Shown here: positions 61,327 to 64,000 of the stretch, in pieces
Position numbering within the stretch: position 1 is the first letter of the stretch
Layout of the letters: each line of letters starts with the position of its first letter
The notes under the pieces: generated by a model
What the model saw: the letters and a program-made list of their open reading frames with translations, nothing else
What the model was told of the DNA's origin: nothing
Database searches by the model: none
Translations under genes and position numbers: made by a program
From: Azolla caroliniana
Lineage: Eukaryota > Plantae > Polypodiophyta
Direction: 5' to 3'
Assembly (NCBI GenBank): GCA_043228905.1
Contig: JBHGNT010000005.1
Span: 6,324,001 to 6,388,000 of the forward strand
DNA length: 64,000 nucleotides

Positions 61327-62783
61327 CAAGATAGATAATAGAAAATACTCAAGAAGATTGTATATTACAAAGGAGATTAACTGACCTATTACAAAGTAGG
61401 AGAAGGGTGCTTTATATAGTCACTCTCTCTCTTCATTAACTACTGAAGCTCATGAGTCATGGGGAATGTGGAAACTCATTAGTTATGTGTCATAGAATAT
61501 GATTCTATGACATATAGTTAATGTGTAAAGAGTAGTGGTGTGACTTTTGACCTTTGAGTGTTCATACACTCTCAAGGGTGTGTTCACACACTAGGCTAGG
61601 TTGAGCTTGATTCTCAACACGCTCCCTCAAGCTCAACTTTGGTCGGCTTGTCCGCTTCGGCTGGTACCCGGTTCAGACGGTATTCAGTTCTCTCTTGTTT
61701 GGTGTCTGCTTCGGCTGATACCCGGTTCAGACATACTCCCTCTCAAGCTTGGCAAGTCAGACATGCAACCACCGCCGTGCCCCTGTACTCGGCCTTTGTG
61801 CTCGAAAGAGCGATGGTTGGTTGCTTCTTGCTGCTCCAAGAGATGGCTCCACTTCTGAGGGAGAAGACGAAACCAAAGGTTGATCGTCGATCGACTTTGT
61901 AGCCGGCCCAATCGGCATCTATGTACCCTACAAGTTGAATTGGTGTGGTCGACTTATAGAGAATGCCATAGTCCATCGTTCCACTCACAAATCGCAGCAC
62001 TCGCTTAGCACAATCCAAATGGATATCTCGTGGAGTTTGCATGAATTGGCTAAGGAGGCCGATCGGATAGCTCAGGTCGGGTCGAGTGATCGTGAGGTAG
62101 ATGAGGCTCCCGATCAGTTGTCGATACTGAGTTGGCTCACACTCTGTGGTGCCGGAGTTGACATCCAGTTTGAGGTTTCGATTGGGGTTGCCACAGATTT
62201 GCACTCGGTCATTCCGAACTTGTATAACAAGTTGAGGATGTAGTGCCGTTGAGAGATCATTATTCTAGTTGGAGTTTGGATTACCTCAATGCCAAGGAAG
62301 TAATGGAGCTCTTTCATGTCCGTCATCTCGAATTTGTTAGAGAGGAGGGACTTGACCTTGTTGATGTCGACTAGATGCTCACCTCCAATGACCAGATCAT
62401 CCACGTATAGGATGATGACAATCAGACTTTCGGAATCGCTTCTTACATAGAGAGAATTGTCAGAACATTCAGAAGCTGATTCGATGAAAATATTGTGTTA
62501 TCTTCGAGTGCCAAGCATATGGTGCTTGCTTAAGGCTGTAGAGAGGCTTCTTGAGTCGGCAGACGGCTTTTGGATGAATATTGGATTCGAAGCCGAGTGG
62601 TTGTACCATGTATACCTCTTCTAATTCGCCTTGAAGAAAGGCGTTCTTGACATCCATTTGGTGGAGGTGCCACCCTTTCACTGTAGCAAGCGCTATCATG
62701 GTCTGCATGGTTGTCATCTTTTCCACCGAGGCAAAGGTCTCTTCATAGTCGACTCCTTGTGTTTGTGCGTAGCCCTTTGCTAC
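61221..62783 (-). mobile_element. Decayed Ty1/copia element (RT, truncated RNase H, PPT, 3' LTR ~61221-61619)
   Basis: AKGYAQTQGVDYEETF, HQMDVKNAFLQG, YVDD, DADWAG, WSSKKQPTIALSS; PPT GAGGGAGCG before TGTTGAGA at 61619. The left LTR boundary is uncertain. Confidence 0.88.
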
Positions 62784-63225
62784 TGTCATGAGACATATAT
62801 TTTGGCCTTACAAGGATTCGAGCCCAAGACATCTTGGTCTATATGTTAGACCTTTAACCATTATAATAACATATATGATGTATAGTTATAACTTATAATA
62901 AATGTATTATTAGTTATTACATAGAATACTAAAATATCATAGAACATTCTAGGATATTCCATGATTATATTAAATATCATAAATATCTAAAATATTCTAG
63001 AACATTCTAGAATACTCCATAAGGACTATAAATAGGTGTCTATTCATTCATCACAACTCATTCGGTTCAACACCAATTTGTAGCCCCTTAGCCTACTCTT
63101 TGTAATCCTTGCTCTCTTATAAATTATAATATAAACTCTCTTTCCATTTCTAGTGTTGTCTCTCTCTCTCTCTATACCTTCTATTGTCATCTTATCTTTC
63201 TCTCTCCTATTCTCAAGTCTCGACA
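62784..63225 (+). mobile_element. LTR-like segment abutting the copia RT, no clean TSD
   Basis: TGTCATGAGAC...GTCTCGACA termini; TATA ctataaatagg at ~63026; CT-rich U5-like end; flanks GCTAC/GTCAC differ. Confidence 0.55.
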
Positions 63226-64000
63226 GTCACTCATTTCCGTTGGTGTTCGTGTCTGGTGAGGACCTTACATGGTTGCTCACGCCCATTGGTGTTCCAGTTC
63301 CCGGTGAGGACCGCACATGGTCGCTCAAGTCCTCACCAGGATGCGGTTCATTGATATTTTCAACTTTTTTCCAAATGATAACAATCATGAATTTGAGTTT
63401 TCCATTGCAATAGTCCAACAATAATTTACATATTCAATGGTGACTTGACATCTTTCGTCATACTATGTCAACAAAACTTTCTTCAATATTGATGTGGTAC
63501 AAAATATGAACACGCATCCAACATTAACAAGTTCTCAAATGTCATGTGCAATGTTATGCTAGACAATAAATCTTTATATTGTGAAAGTTTTCGAGGCACA
63601 TTCTCATATACCAATGGAAGCTCAAATATGTTGTATGGCACACATTACGTTGATGATAAGATGGAAGAGCACGAATCATTGTACCAAAAAACATCCTTTA
63701 TTTATTATTGTGAACTATGAATAAATTGATGTGAAAAATTGCAAATTCATTGGTGTTGAAATAATGTATAATGGATGTTTGGTTTTCTTATGAGTGTTGA
63801 ATGAGATACATACATCTACTATTGAGATACTGGTGTGTGGCCAAGATATTCTTTCGCAACCCAACATCGATTGTTTGTACATGTAGGGAATACAACCTTT
63901 TTGGGTACCGATTTTTGTGTTGTATCAATTCATTGACTTCTACTTGTGTACACAAAGGGTTGTCCTATCAATAGGTGCCAGGCTCTCTTTTTCTTTTCCA

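Overview
Eukaryotic land-plant genomic DNA; the TE and gene content suggests a seed-free plant such as a fern (inference). No prokaryotic, rRNA or CRISPR features. Bases 1-20 kb are a nested retroelement stack. A decayed Ty3/gypsy element (minus strand) carries a 1-kb solo-LTR-like insert and an apparently intact, very young 7.2-kb gypsy element. That young element has LTRs with no differences seen, a 4-bp TSD, a tRNA-Trp PBS, and a gag-protease ORF joined to pol by a GGATTTT + pseudoknot -1 frameshift signal. The stack also holds a solo LTR with a 54-bp tandem array and several LINEs (RTE/RTEX-like and L1/Tx1-like). Bases 20-57 kb hold four host genes: a small atypical thaumatin-like protein, a 12-exon FHA/coiled-coil gene, a 14-exon JmjC (JMJ31-like) gene and a class-A GATA factor. 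Between and inside them are hAT and Mutator MITEs and a decayed L1. The right end has a decayed copia element. The most notable oddities are the post-protease frameshift cassette, tRNA-like Pol III boxes inside two unrelated LTRs, a poly(A)-less LINE that always ends at (AG)n, and CpG-centred 4-bp TSDs.
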